Assembly (NCBI RefSeq): GCF_046483245.1
Contig: NZ_JAWODO010000041.1
Span: forward strand, 3,836 to 67,835
DNA: 64,000 nucleotides
Direction of reading: 5' to 3'
From: Desulfosalsimonas sp.
GTDB taxonomy: Bacteria > Desulfobacterota > Desulfobacteria > Desulfobacterales > Desulfosalsimonadaceae
Shown: positions 9,393 to 17,930 of the stretch, one piece after another
How the letters are laid out: each line of letters begins with the position of its first letter
How positions within the stretch are numbered: position 1 is the first letter of the stretch
Notes under the pieces: model-generated
Told to the model about the DNA's origin: nothing
The model's input: the letters and a program-made list of their open reading frames with translations, nothing else
Database searches by the model: none
Made by a program: the position numbers and the translations under genes

Positions 9393-10015
9393 GAGCCATT
9401 CTCCATTAATATACAAACAGGATGAACAAAAATATACAGTCACAATCAGCAATGGATATGATATGCTTATGCAAAAGCCGAAAACATCAGAACCGTATCT
9501 TTATGGTAAATCAATACGACTGGAAGGTATCCAAACGGCCTTAAATCGCCGGGAAATATTGAATTGACGGGATCTGGCTCCCATCGAATGCCCCTGGTTA
9601 TAATACAGGGCCCGAAAGCGATCAAGTCCGATGAGACTCGGTTTTCCCCATTTTCGTCTAAGGGCCGGCTGTGTTATGAACAATTCTATATATAGCGGAA
9701 TCTTCTGCCAATCAGTGAATTGCCGGGCCGTTGCTGAATTCTGAAATGAAAAAATTTTGTCGCAATTCTGTAACATTTACCCGCCTCTTTTTTTAAAGGC
9801 CGGGACAACCGGCCCGGGGCGAGGCATTAAGCGATCTTTTATTTTCGTCAATTTTTGTAAAATTTCAAGGGCAAACGATATTGCCTTTCAGGATGAAATG
9901 TTATAGTTATAAATAATGATTTCAAATAGTTAAAATTCATAGACGCCGAAAATTTCGGTTTTTACCGGCTTTTGGACAAAAACCGGCGAATCTGCCCGCA
10001 GTAAAGGAAAACAAC

Positions 10016-11191
10016 ATGACGACCGTTATCACGGGCCTCAAACACCTGACCCGGACGCAGCCTTCCGGCCTGGCGGAAAAACGCCTGGGCCTGCTGTGCA
10101 ACCCGGCCTCCGTGGACGACCGTTTTCGCCATGCCCACCATGTGATTTCCCGGCTCTTTCCGGGCCGGCTCTCTGCTCTATTTTCCCCTCAGCACGGTTT
10201 TTTTGCGGAAAAGCAGGACAACATGGTGGAATCGGCGGATTTTTTCGACAAGGAACTCAAAATCCCGGTATTCAGCCTCTACGGGGCCACCCGCATTCCC
10301 ACTGCCGAAATGATGGACGGCATCGACGTTCTGATCGTGGACCTCCAGGACGCCGGAACCCGGGTCTACACCTTTTTTACCACCCTGTCATATTGCATGG
10401 AGGAGGCCGCAAGACTGCAAAAGGCGGTGGTGATCCTGGACCGGCCCAATCCTGTCGGCGGGCTGCAGGTGGAAGGAAACTGTCTTGAGCCCGGTTACGC
10501 CTCGTTTGTGGGGCGCTACCCCATCCCCATGCGCCACGGCCTGACCATCGGCGAATACGCCCGGCTGATTAACGAGGAATGTCACATTGGATGCGATTTG
10601 AGCGTGATTGCCATGAAGGGGTGGAAACGGCACATGTATTATTCAGACACCGGACTGACCTGGATACCGCCGTCGCCCAACCTGCCCACGCCGGCATCGG
10701 CAATGGTCTATCCCGGCCAGGTCCTGTGGGAGGGAACCAATGTGTCCGAGGGCCGCGGTACGACCCAGCCATTTGAACTCTTTGGCGCGCCGTGGATGGA
10801 TACCAATATCCTGGAAAACGCCCTGGGAAAAGCCCCTTTCTCAGGCGCAGTGCTCCGGCCTGCGGTGTTTGAGCCCACCTCGGGAAAATGGGCCGGAAGA
10901 TCCTGCCATGGATTTCAGATCCATGTCACCGACCGGGAACAATACCTGCCCTACCAGACCAGCCTGGTCCTGGTGGGTGCGGTCCGGAGACTTTTTGGCA
11001 GTGAATTTGCCTGGAAAATGCCGCCCTATGAATATGAATGGGAAAAACTGCCATTTGACCTGATCACCGGGGATGCAAAAATCCGTTCACAACTGGAAGC
11101 CGGTACAGATGCCGCTGAAATGGCAAGGCGCTGGCAGCCGCAGACAGAAGCGTACCAGCAGCAGATACGGCCGTATCTCCTCTATGAATAG
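10016..11191 (+). CDS. DUF1343 protein (YbbC/NamZ-type exo-beta-N-acetylmuramidase family)
   Basis: 'LGLLCNPASVD...SPQHGF...VFSLYG...IDVLIVDLQDAGTRVYTF...VVILDRPNP' matches my memory of DUF1343 conserved blocks. Confidence 0.75.
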   Translation: MTTVITGLKHLTRTQPSGLAEKRLGLLCNPASVDDRFRHAHHVISRLFPGRLSALFSPQHGFFAEKQDNMVESADFFDKELKIPVFSLYGATRIPTAEMMDGIDVLIVDLQDAGTRVYTFFTTLSYCMEEAARLQKAVVILDRPNPVGGLQVEGNCLEPGYASFVGRYPIPMRHGLTIGEYARLINEECHIGCDLSVIAMKGWKRHMYYSDTGLTWIPPSPNLPTPASAMVYPGQVLWEGTNVSEGRGTTQPFELFGAPWMDTNILENALGKAPFSGAVLRPAVFEPTSGKWAGRSCHGFQIHVTDREQYLPYQTSLVLVGAVRRLFGSEFAWKMPPYEYEWEKLPFDLITGDAKIRSQLEAGTDAAEMARRWQPQTEAYQQQIRPYLLYE

Positions 11192-11232
11192 GGAAAACCG
11201 AAAACCCGCACCATACCCAAGCAGGAAATATC

Positions 11233-11910
11233 ATGACAAAAAATGCCGAGCCGGGCTGGCGGCGCATGCGCTTTAAAAAAAACAAGGTCTGGGTGGAAAC
11301 CGACGAACAGGGCCGGCCCGCCATTGAAAACAAGCGGGTCCGAATCAAGTATCAGCTTGACCAGCCCCACGAATACCGGGTCAATCCCGAGCATCTGTCG
11401 GAACTGGAAAACGCGCCGCAGCAGACCAAATCCGGCAAAAAGCGCACAAAACCAAAACCAGCAAACCTTGATGAACAACAAGAAACCACCGCCCATTCCG
11501 AAAATGCCGTTGTCATCTATACCGACGGGGCATCGTCTGGCAATCCGGGACCGGCGGGAATCGGTGCGGTGCTTCGCTATAAGGGGAAAAAAAGGGAAAT
11601 CTCGCAATATATCGGCCACGCCACCAACAATATCGCCGAACTCGAAGCGGTTCGCACCGCACTTGCCGCACTCAAGCGCAGGGACCTGCCTGTGCGGGTC
11701 CACACTGACAGCAGTTATGTGCACGGACTTTTGGTCAAAAACTGGAAGGCGCGGCAAAATCCGGAGCTGGTTGGCGCGCTGAGGGAGCTGGCAAGTCAGT
11801 TTTCAGACCTAAAGATCATCAAGGTCCGCGGGCACAGCGGGGTTGCAGACAATGAACAGGCCGATCATCTGGCCACATCAGCCATTGACAAAAAAGGTGG
11901 AGGCAATTGA
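11233..11910 (+). CDS. rnhA: Ribonuclease HI with a roughly 95-aa N-terminal extension
   Basis: RNase H catalytic blocks 'VIYTDGAS', 'TNNIAELEA', 'VHTDSSYV' and 'GHSGVADNEQADHLA' lie in the C-terminal 130 aa. Confidence 0.85.
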   Translation: MTKNAEPGWRRMRFKKNKVWVETDEQGRPAIENKRVRIKYQLDQPHEYRVNPEHLSELENAPQQTKSGKKRTKPKPANLDEQQETTAHSENAVVIYTDGASSGNPGPAGIGAVLRYKGKKREISQYIGHATNNIAELEAVRTALAALKRRDLPVRVHTDSSYVHGLLVKNWKARQNPELVGALRELASQFSDLKIIKVRGHSGVADNEQADHLATSAIDKKGGGN

Positions 11911-11944
11911 GCCATATCCGAAAACAAGCCCCCGGCCGGTGGTT

Positions 11945-11982
11945 TAAAAAATAAAACCCCGCAAACGCCTGGCGCAGCGGGG
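11945..11982 (-). terminator. Rho-independent terminator of the minus-strand small membrane protein gene
   Basis: On the minus strand, CCCCGC (11982-11977) pairs with GCGGGG (11962-11957) across a 14-nt loop and is followed by TTTTATTTTTT. Confidence 0.5.
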
Positions 11983-12022
11983 CCTGGGACCGGAAACAGC
12001 CCTGGACAGTTACAGAAGACGG

Positions 12023-12310
12023 CTATTTTTCCGCTTTTAACTCTTCGAGTTGCTTTTTGAGCTCTTCATTTTCCTTGCGGTATTTTTCCGCTTCGCTTTC
12101 GCTCTGGCCAGAGCCGCCGGGCTCCACGCCCGTGTCTTTCTGCCAGGTATCTTTCAACTCGTCAAAGCCCAGATACAAAGCCAGGCAACCGCCGAGGAGC
12201 AGCATCACCGGAATGGCACCCGCCAGAAGCTGCAGAAATGCATCAAACCAGATTGCCAGACCGATTACGCCGATTACAGCTGCGACTGCACCGCCAATTA
12301 AAGTTTTCAT
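12023..12310 (-). CDS. Small membrane protein with a C-terminal coiled coil (hypothetical)
   Basis: Two predicted TM helices followed by 'EAEKYRKENEELKKQLEELKAEK'. A terminator lies downstream. Confidence 0.5.
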   Translation of the reverse strand: MKTLIGGAVAAVIGVIGLAIWFDAFLQLLAGAIPVMLLLGGCLALYLGFDELKDTWQKDTGVEPGGSGQSESEAEKYRKENEELKKQLEELKAEK

Positions 12311-12588
12311 AACGCCACGTCCTCCTTTGTTTAATATTTATGATCGGATCACAATATTGATTGTTTCGATCAGGTGGGGCCCACCTCCCGTGCTTTTGAG
12401 AATAACAAATTTTCATCTAACACAGGCGGATTTGTAAAGCAAGCAAAAACCCTGGGGGCGGATGCCACATCCCGGGGCCGCCCGGAGCACTGATATCCGC
12501 ACCAAAGGCACGGACAGTTTGCCGCTTGAAAAGCCTTGGCCAACTTGGTATGGTTCCATAAAAACTCTTTACCAAAAAGGCGGCAGCC

Positions 12589-15246
12589 ATGGCTTATAAT
12601 CGACACCCGCTGCAGGGAAAAACCGCAGCTGACACAACCCCGCAAGATGACATGAATTCCGCGGACAGCGAAATAGCCCCGTTTTTCTGCTATCTTCCGG
12701 CCCGCAGGGGGTTGCTGGCGCGGTTGATCAGCGTCCTTTTGTTTAACCGGCCGAAAATCGATGCCGAGCTCCAGCAGACGGTCCGGGAACTTGGCCAGTC
12801 AGGTATTGTCGTTTATGTCAACAAGTACCGCAGCAAATTTGAGTATTTTTTTTATCACTGCAGGTACCGCAAGGAAGGTCTACCCTATCCAACTCTTGGT
12901 TTTGATTATTCCACCTATTTCTGGCAGCCTTTAAAACGGGTCTTTGACGGCTTTGTTTTCAACGTCGGATATTTGTTCAAACATTTTTCCTGGCCGGATC
13001 CTTACCAGCAGCACTTTTACCGCAACCGTCTTCTGGCCGGGGATGCGGCAATGGTTTCGCTGATCGAGGAAAAGCAGAGTTACCGGCAGCTTGCCAGATC
13101 CGGCACCGACCCCATGGACTACCTCATCGAGATCCAAAAAACCATAGATACGCCAATTTACCTGGTTCCCCAGCTCATTCTCTATGACCGGGACCCGCAG
13201 ACCACCTGGCTGACGCTCACGGATGTCATCTTCGGCACCCGGGAAAAGCCCGGGCGGCTGCGCAGGCTCTGGATGATGCTCAAGCGGCCCGGCAAAATCT
13301 GGATTGAAGGCGCTGAAATTGTCAATCTCAAAGATTTTCTCCAGACCCGGGAAGCCACCAGTCTCAATCAGAAAAGCCAGGCCATTTATTTGCGCCGGTT
13401 TCTCATCGACCGGATCAACCGGCACCGGCAGTCCATTACCGGCCCGGTTCTCAAATCCCGCACGGAAATCATGCACGGGGTGCTAACCCATCCGGAAACC
13501 CAGCGCATCATTTCCGAATATGCGGCCGAACACAAGGTTCCCATTTACAAGGCCCAGAAGGAGGCGGCGGATTTTCTCGATGAAATTGCCGCCAACTACA
13601 ACCTCAAGGTTATCAAGATCTTTGATATCTTCCTGCGCTGGATTTTCCGGGCCATGTTTGACGGCATGGTGGTGGACCAGGAGGGATTGGACCGGATCCG
13701 GCAGGCCTCCAAGACCGGGCCACTGGTGCTGGTGCCCTGCCACAAAAGCCATCTGGATTATCTGATCCTTTCTTTTGTATTTTTTCACAACAACCTGCCC
13801 TGCCCGCATATTGCCGCAGGCAAGAACCTTTCGTTCTGGCCCATCGGGCCGCTGTTTCGGGGCGGCGGGGCATTTTTTCTCAGGCGGACATTTAAGGGCG
13901 AGCCCCTGTATCCAAAGATCTTTTCGGCTTATATCAACAAGCTGCTCACTGAAGGCTTTCACATGGAGTTTTTCATCGAGGGCGGCCGCAGCCGCACCGG
14001 AAAACTCCTGCCGCCCAAAATCGGATTTTTGTCTTTGCTTGTGGATGCCTACATGAAAAACAACTGGGATGATATGCTCTTTGTTCCCATATTTATCGGC
14101 TATGACCGGGTCCTGGAGGAAAAGGCCTATATCCACGAAATGGAAGGGGGCAAAAAAAGCCCGGAGAACCTGATCAATATCGTGAAGGCCAGAAAATTTC
14201 TCAAAAAGAAATACGGCAAAATTTATATCAATTTCCATGAGCCCTTTTCCTTAAAGCAACATTTTGCTCAAAGCCGCACCCCGTTTTTCAAGCTGGATCG
14301 CGAAACCCGGCGACAGAAGCTGCACACATTCGGGGAAAAAATCATCAGCGCCATTAACAGCCAGGCCGTGATCACCCCCCATGCCGTGGTGGCGGCCACC
14401 CTGCTCAACTGCTCCCAGAAGCGCATTTATTATCGCCAGCTGCTGGAACATGCTGAAACTTACATGAAGTACCTGTCCATGCGGGGAGTCAAGCTCACCG
14501 ACACCCTTTACATTGACAACCAGGGGGCCTTTGACACGGTGTTAGACACCTTTATCTCAAACAAATACATTGACCGATCCGCATCCACCAACCCGGCCGG
14601 CACACCGCCGAATCCCATTTTCAAGATCCATGAAAACAAGCGGCCGAACCTGGAATATTACAAGAACAACGGGGTGATCTTTTTTGCGCCCCCAGCCTTT
14701 ACCGCACTTTCCATTCTGGCCCTGGACGCGTTCCAGTTCACAGCAGAGGACCTGTATCCCCATTACGCGTTTTTAAAGAATTTCTTCGCTATGGAATTTA
14801 TTTTTGACCCTGAAGAGGACGTGGAAGCCTCGGTGCGCAAAAACATCAAGGCGTTTATCGACGATGCCGTGCTCACCCCGCATCCGGCCCTGCCGGAAAC
14901 CTATAATGTGACATCCGCGGGATTTCGAAAGCTCAACCTGTTTGCGGGATTTCTCACCGCCTATTTTGAATCCTACTGGGTGGTGCTCAATTTCTACATG
15001 CGCTATACCCGGGGGCCGATTCTTGAACGCAGAAATTACACCAAAAAAATTCAGGCCCTGGGCAGCCGCATGTACAGGAGAAACGAAATTCTGCGCAAGG
15101 AAGCCCTTTTTAAAATCAATTACAAAAACGCAGTGGCCTTTTTTACCCGCCAGGGCTTAAACAATCCGGAAAATCAGGAAGATCAGGAAGTGCTGGACTT
15201 TTACACGCAAAAAGTCCAGTTCTACCGGCGCTGCCTTCCCAATTAG
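12589..15246 (+). CDS. plsB: Glycerol-3-phosphate O-acyltransferase (PlsB-type)
   Basis: 885 aa. HX4D block 'VPCHKSHLDYLIL', 'FFLRRTFKG', 'FIEGGRSRTGKLL' and 'VPIFIGYDRV', which are the acyltransferase blocks I-IV. Confidence 0.85.
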   Translation: MAYNRHPLQGKTAADTTPQDDMNSADSEIAPFFCYLPARRGLLARLISVLLFNRPKIDAELQQTVRELGQSGIVVYVNKYRSKFEYFFYHCRYRKEGLPYPTLGFDYSTYFWQPLKRVFDGFVFNVGYLFKHFSWPDPYQQHFYRNRLLAGDAAMVSLIEEKQSYRQLARSGTDPMDYLIEIQKTIDTPIYLVPQLILYDRDPQTTWLTLTDVIFGTREKPGRLRRLWMMLKRPGKIWIEGAEIVNLKDFLQTREATSLNQKSQAIYLRRFLIDRINRHRQSITGPVLKSRTEIMHGVLTHPETQRIISEYAAEHKVPIYKAQKEAADFLDEIAANYNLKVIKIFDIFLRWIFRAMFDGMVVDQEGLDRIRQASKTGPLVLVPCHKSHLDYLILSFVFFHNNLPCPHIAAGKNLSFWPIGPLFRGGGAFFLRRTFKGEPLYPKIFSAYINKLLTEGFHMEFFIEGGRSRTGKLLPPKIGFLSLLVDAYMKNNWDDMLFVPIFIGYDRVLEEKAYIHEMEGGKKSPENLINIVKARKFLKKKYGKIYINFHEPFSLKQHFAQSRTPFFKLDRETRRQKLHTFGEKIISAINSQAVITPHAVVAATLLNCSQKRIYYRQLLEHAETYMKYLSMRGVKLTDTLYIDNQGAFDTVLDTFISNKYIDRSASTNPAGTPPNPIFKIHENKRPNLEYYKNNGVIFFAPPAFTALSILALDAFQFTAEDLYPHYAFLKNFFAMEFIFDPEEDVEASVRKNIKAFIDDAVLTPHPALPETYNVTSAGFRKLNLFAGFLTAYFESYWVVLNFYMRYTRGPILERRNYTKKIQALGSRMYRRNEILRKEALFKINYKNAVAFFTRQGLNNPENQEDQEVLDFYTQKVQFYRRCLPN

Positions 15247-15263
15247 GATCTGTGGTTTTTCAA

Positions 15264-17009
15264 ATGCCGGATAACGCCTTTAATGCACTGATTCTTGCCG
15301 CAGGGCTGGGCACGCGCCTGCGCCCCCACAGCCTGAAAGTGCCCAAACCCCTGTTTGCCGTGGCCGGCCGGCCGGTTATTGACATCATCATTTCCCGGCT
15401 GGTCGATGCCGGGGTCAGCACCATTGCCGTCAATGTTTTTCATCTTCCTGATCAGATCACCGGATATATCGCATCCCGCAATTACCCGGTGCCGGTGATC
15501 TGCCGCCGGGAGCCGTACCTGCTGGGCACGGGGGGGGCCATCGGCCATTTTTCAGACATGCTGGGCCACCGGCCTTTTGTGATGATCAACAGCGACATCT
15601 TAACCGATATTTCCATTGCCGACGTGGTCCGGCAGCATAGCGCCAGGGGCCCGGCAGCCACACTGGTGATGCACGACCACCCGGATTTCAACAAGGTGGT
15701 GGTGGATCCGGAGGGCAGCATCGCCGCCTTTACCCCCCCGGCCGGCCAAAATCAGAGCCTTATGGCATTTACCGGCCTGCAGGTGATCGACCCGGTGATT
15801 TATTCGTATATTGAACCCAAACAAGTGGTCAGCAGCATTGACCTGTTTTCCGCCATGATTGCAGACGGCCGGAGAATCGAAGCATACCGGGTCTCGGGCC
15901 ATTACTGGATGGACCTGGGCACGCCCCATTGCTTCCGTCAGGCGGTAATCGACACCATGGCCCCGGAAATATTTCAAGGCCTCACAGGACAAAAGCCCCG
16001 CGCAGATGATCTTTACTGCCGGGCCCTGATCGGCGACGGCTCGGACCGGCAGTGGTTGCGAATTTCGTTTACCGGCCAAAGCCTAATCGTGGCAGACCAC
16101 GGCATCAACACGGACAAGGCGGTCACGGAGTTTGATGCCTTTGTGGCCATTGGCCGTCATCTTTTTGACAAGGGCGTTTGTGTGCCCAAGATCCACGCCC
16201 ATGACCGATTTTCCGGGCTGGTGTTTGTGGCCGACCTGGGAGACACCCTGTTGCAGCAAGCCGTTGGCAGCGCACCCGGCCCGGACCTTGTTGAAAAATA
16301 TTACAAAAGCATCATTGACGGGTTAATGGATATGCACAGCCGGGGATCTGAGGGCTTTGACCCGGACTGGGCGTATCAGGGCGCGGTCTATGACCGGCAG
16401 ATGATCCTGGAAAAAGAAGGGCGCTACTTTGTGGCGGCATTTTTGCAAAATTATCTGGAAATGCCAGGGATTGAAACAAAGGCCCTTGAATCCGAGTTCT
16501 GCACCATGGCGGATGTGATTTCCGGGGCCTGCCGCTACGGGTTCATGCACCGGGATTTTCAGTCCAGAAACATCATGGTCACCCCAAAAGGCTTTTTTTT
16601 CATTGATTTTCAGGCCGGGCGCATCGGGCCTCTGGAATATGACCTGGCATCGCTTTTAACAGATCCCTATGTGGCCCTTGCACCGGAACTCCAGAACCGG
16701 CTTGCGGATTATGCAATGCACCAATTGGGCATCAGGGCCGGAAGCGGGGAAAAAAACTTTCAAAAAGGATACCGCTGCTGTGCAATATCGAGAAACCTCC
16801 AAGCCCTGGGCGCCTATGGCCGCCTGGTCCGGGAAAAGGGCAAAACAGATTTTGCCCGCTACATGCCCGCAGCCCTGGCCAACCTGAAAAGACTCACCGC
16901 CGGAACCGCAGACCCGCCCCTTCCTGTTTTGGCAAAGACCGTGGCCCATGCCCGCAGGCTTCTGGACCGGCGGGAACAAAACAGCCCGGCACCGGGCATT
17001 GCCCCTTGA
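15264..17009 (+). CDS. Fusion of an N-terminal sugar-1-phosphate nucleotidyltransferase (MurU-like) and a C-terminal APH-fold kinase (AmgK-like)
   Basis: N-terminus has the NTP-transferase signature 'ALILAAGLGTRLRP'. C-terminus has 'GDGSDRQW...', 'VCVPKIHAHD...ADLGD', 'FMHRDFQSRNIMV' and 'IDFQAGRIGPLEYDLASLLTDPY', resembling Pseudomonas AmgK blocks. The gene starts 15 bp after the plsB stop. Confidence 0.75.
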   Translation: MPDNAFNALILAAGLGTRLRPHSLKVPKPLFAVAGRPVIDIIISRLVDAGVSTIAVNVFHLPDQITGYIASRNYPVPVICRREPYLLGTGGAIGHFSDMLGHRPFVMINSDILTDISIADVVRQHSARGPAATLVMHDHPDFNKVVVDPEGSIAAFTPPAGQNQSLMAFTGLQVIDPVIYSYIEPKQVVSSIDLFSAMIADGRRIEAYRVSGHYWMDLGTPHCFRQAVIDTMAPEIFQGLTGQKPRADDLYCRALIGDGSDRQWLRISFTGQSLIVADHGINTDKAVTEFDAFVAIGRHLFDKGVCVPKIHAHDRFSGLVFVADLGDTLLQQAVGSAPGPDLVEKYYKSIIDGLMDMHSRGSEGFDPDWAYQGAVYDRQMILEKEGRYFVAAFLQNYLEMPGIETKALESEFCTMADVISGACRYGFMHRDFQSRNIMVTPKGFFFIDFQAGRIGPLEYDLASLLTDPYVALAPELQNRLADYAMHQLGIRAGSGEKNFQKGYRCCAISRNLQALGAYGRLVREKGKTDFARYMPAALANLKRLTAGTADPPLPVLAKTVAHARRLLDRREQNSPAPGIAP

Positions 17010-17090
17010 CGCAGACGGCTGTTTTGCTTACAACCATACCATTTTCCAACACATTCTTTTTTGTCACCAATTTTTGAAAGGAAATTTTGT

Positions 17091-17921
17091 ATGCAGCCCA
17101 TTTCCCTGATGATAAACGGCCTGCCCGGAAACGTGGCCGCCATGCTTGCGGACAAGGCCGCCAAAGACAGCCGGTTTCAGCTCATTGACGCCTCTTTGAC
17201 CGGTGCTGAAATCACGGAAACCACGCATGCGGTCAACGGTCGCAGCATAGCGCTGATTCCGCCCAAAGACCGGCAGGAGGCCATTGCCGAAATCAGACAA
17301 GCCCACAAGGACTTGATTGCCATTGATTTCACCCATCCCTCTGCAGTCAATGACAATGCCCGGTTTTACTGTGAAAACCAGATTCCTTTTGTCATGGGCA
17401 CCACCGGCGGCGACCGGCAGGAGCTGGTGACCACGGTTGAAAACTCGGATATCTGCGCGGTGATCGCCCCGAACATGGCCAAGCAGATCGTGGGTTTCCA
17501 GGCCATGATGGCCTATGCGGCTGAAAACTTTCCCAACCTGTTTGCCGGATATGAACTGACCATCGAGGAAAGCCACCAGCAGACCAAGGCCGACACCTCA
17601 GGCACGGCCAAGGCCATGGCGAATTATTTCAACAAGCTGGGCGCAGCCTTTTCCCAGAGCGATATCATCCAAATCCGCGATCCCCAAGAGCAGAAAGACC
17701 GGCTGGGCGTGCCCGAACAATACCTGTCCGGCCACGGCTGGCACACCTACACCCTGGTTTCACCGGATAAGACCGTGACCTTCCGGTTTACCCACAATGT
17801 CAACGGCCGGGACATCTATGCCCAGGGAAGCTTTGACGCGGTTTTGTTTCTGGCCGAAAAAATCGATCAAGGGCAAAAAGGCCGGGTCTTTTCCATGATT
17901 GACGTGCTCAAGCAGGGTTAA
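17091..17921 (+). CDS. dapB: 4-hydroxy-tetrahydrodipicolinate reductase, plant-type DapB
   Basis: 'PSAVNDNA..Y', 'PFVMGTTGGDR', 'ESHQQTKADTSGTAKA', 'IRDPQEQ...GVPE..LSGHGWHTY' and 'HNVNGRDIYAQGSFDAVLFLAEKI' match the plant/cyanobacterial DapB type from memory. Confidence 0.88.
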   Translation: MQPISLMINGLPGNVAAMLADKAAKDSRFQLIDASLTGAEITETTHAVNGRSIALIPPKDRQEAIAEIRQAHKDLIAIDFTHPSAVNDNARFYCENQIPFVMGTTGGDRQELVTTVENSDICAVIAPNMAKQIVGFQAMMAYAAENFPNLFAGYELTIEESHQQTKADTSGTAKAMANYFNKLGAAFSQSDIIQIRDPQEQKDRLGVPEQYLSGHGWHTYTLVSPDKTVTFRFTHNVNGRDIYAQGSFDAVLFLAEKIDQGQKGRVFSMIDVLKQG

Positions 17922-17930
17922 GAGCGACAA

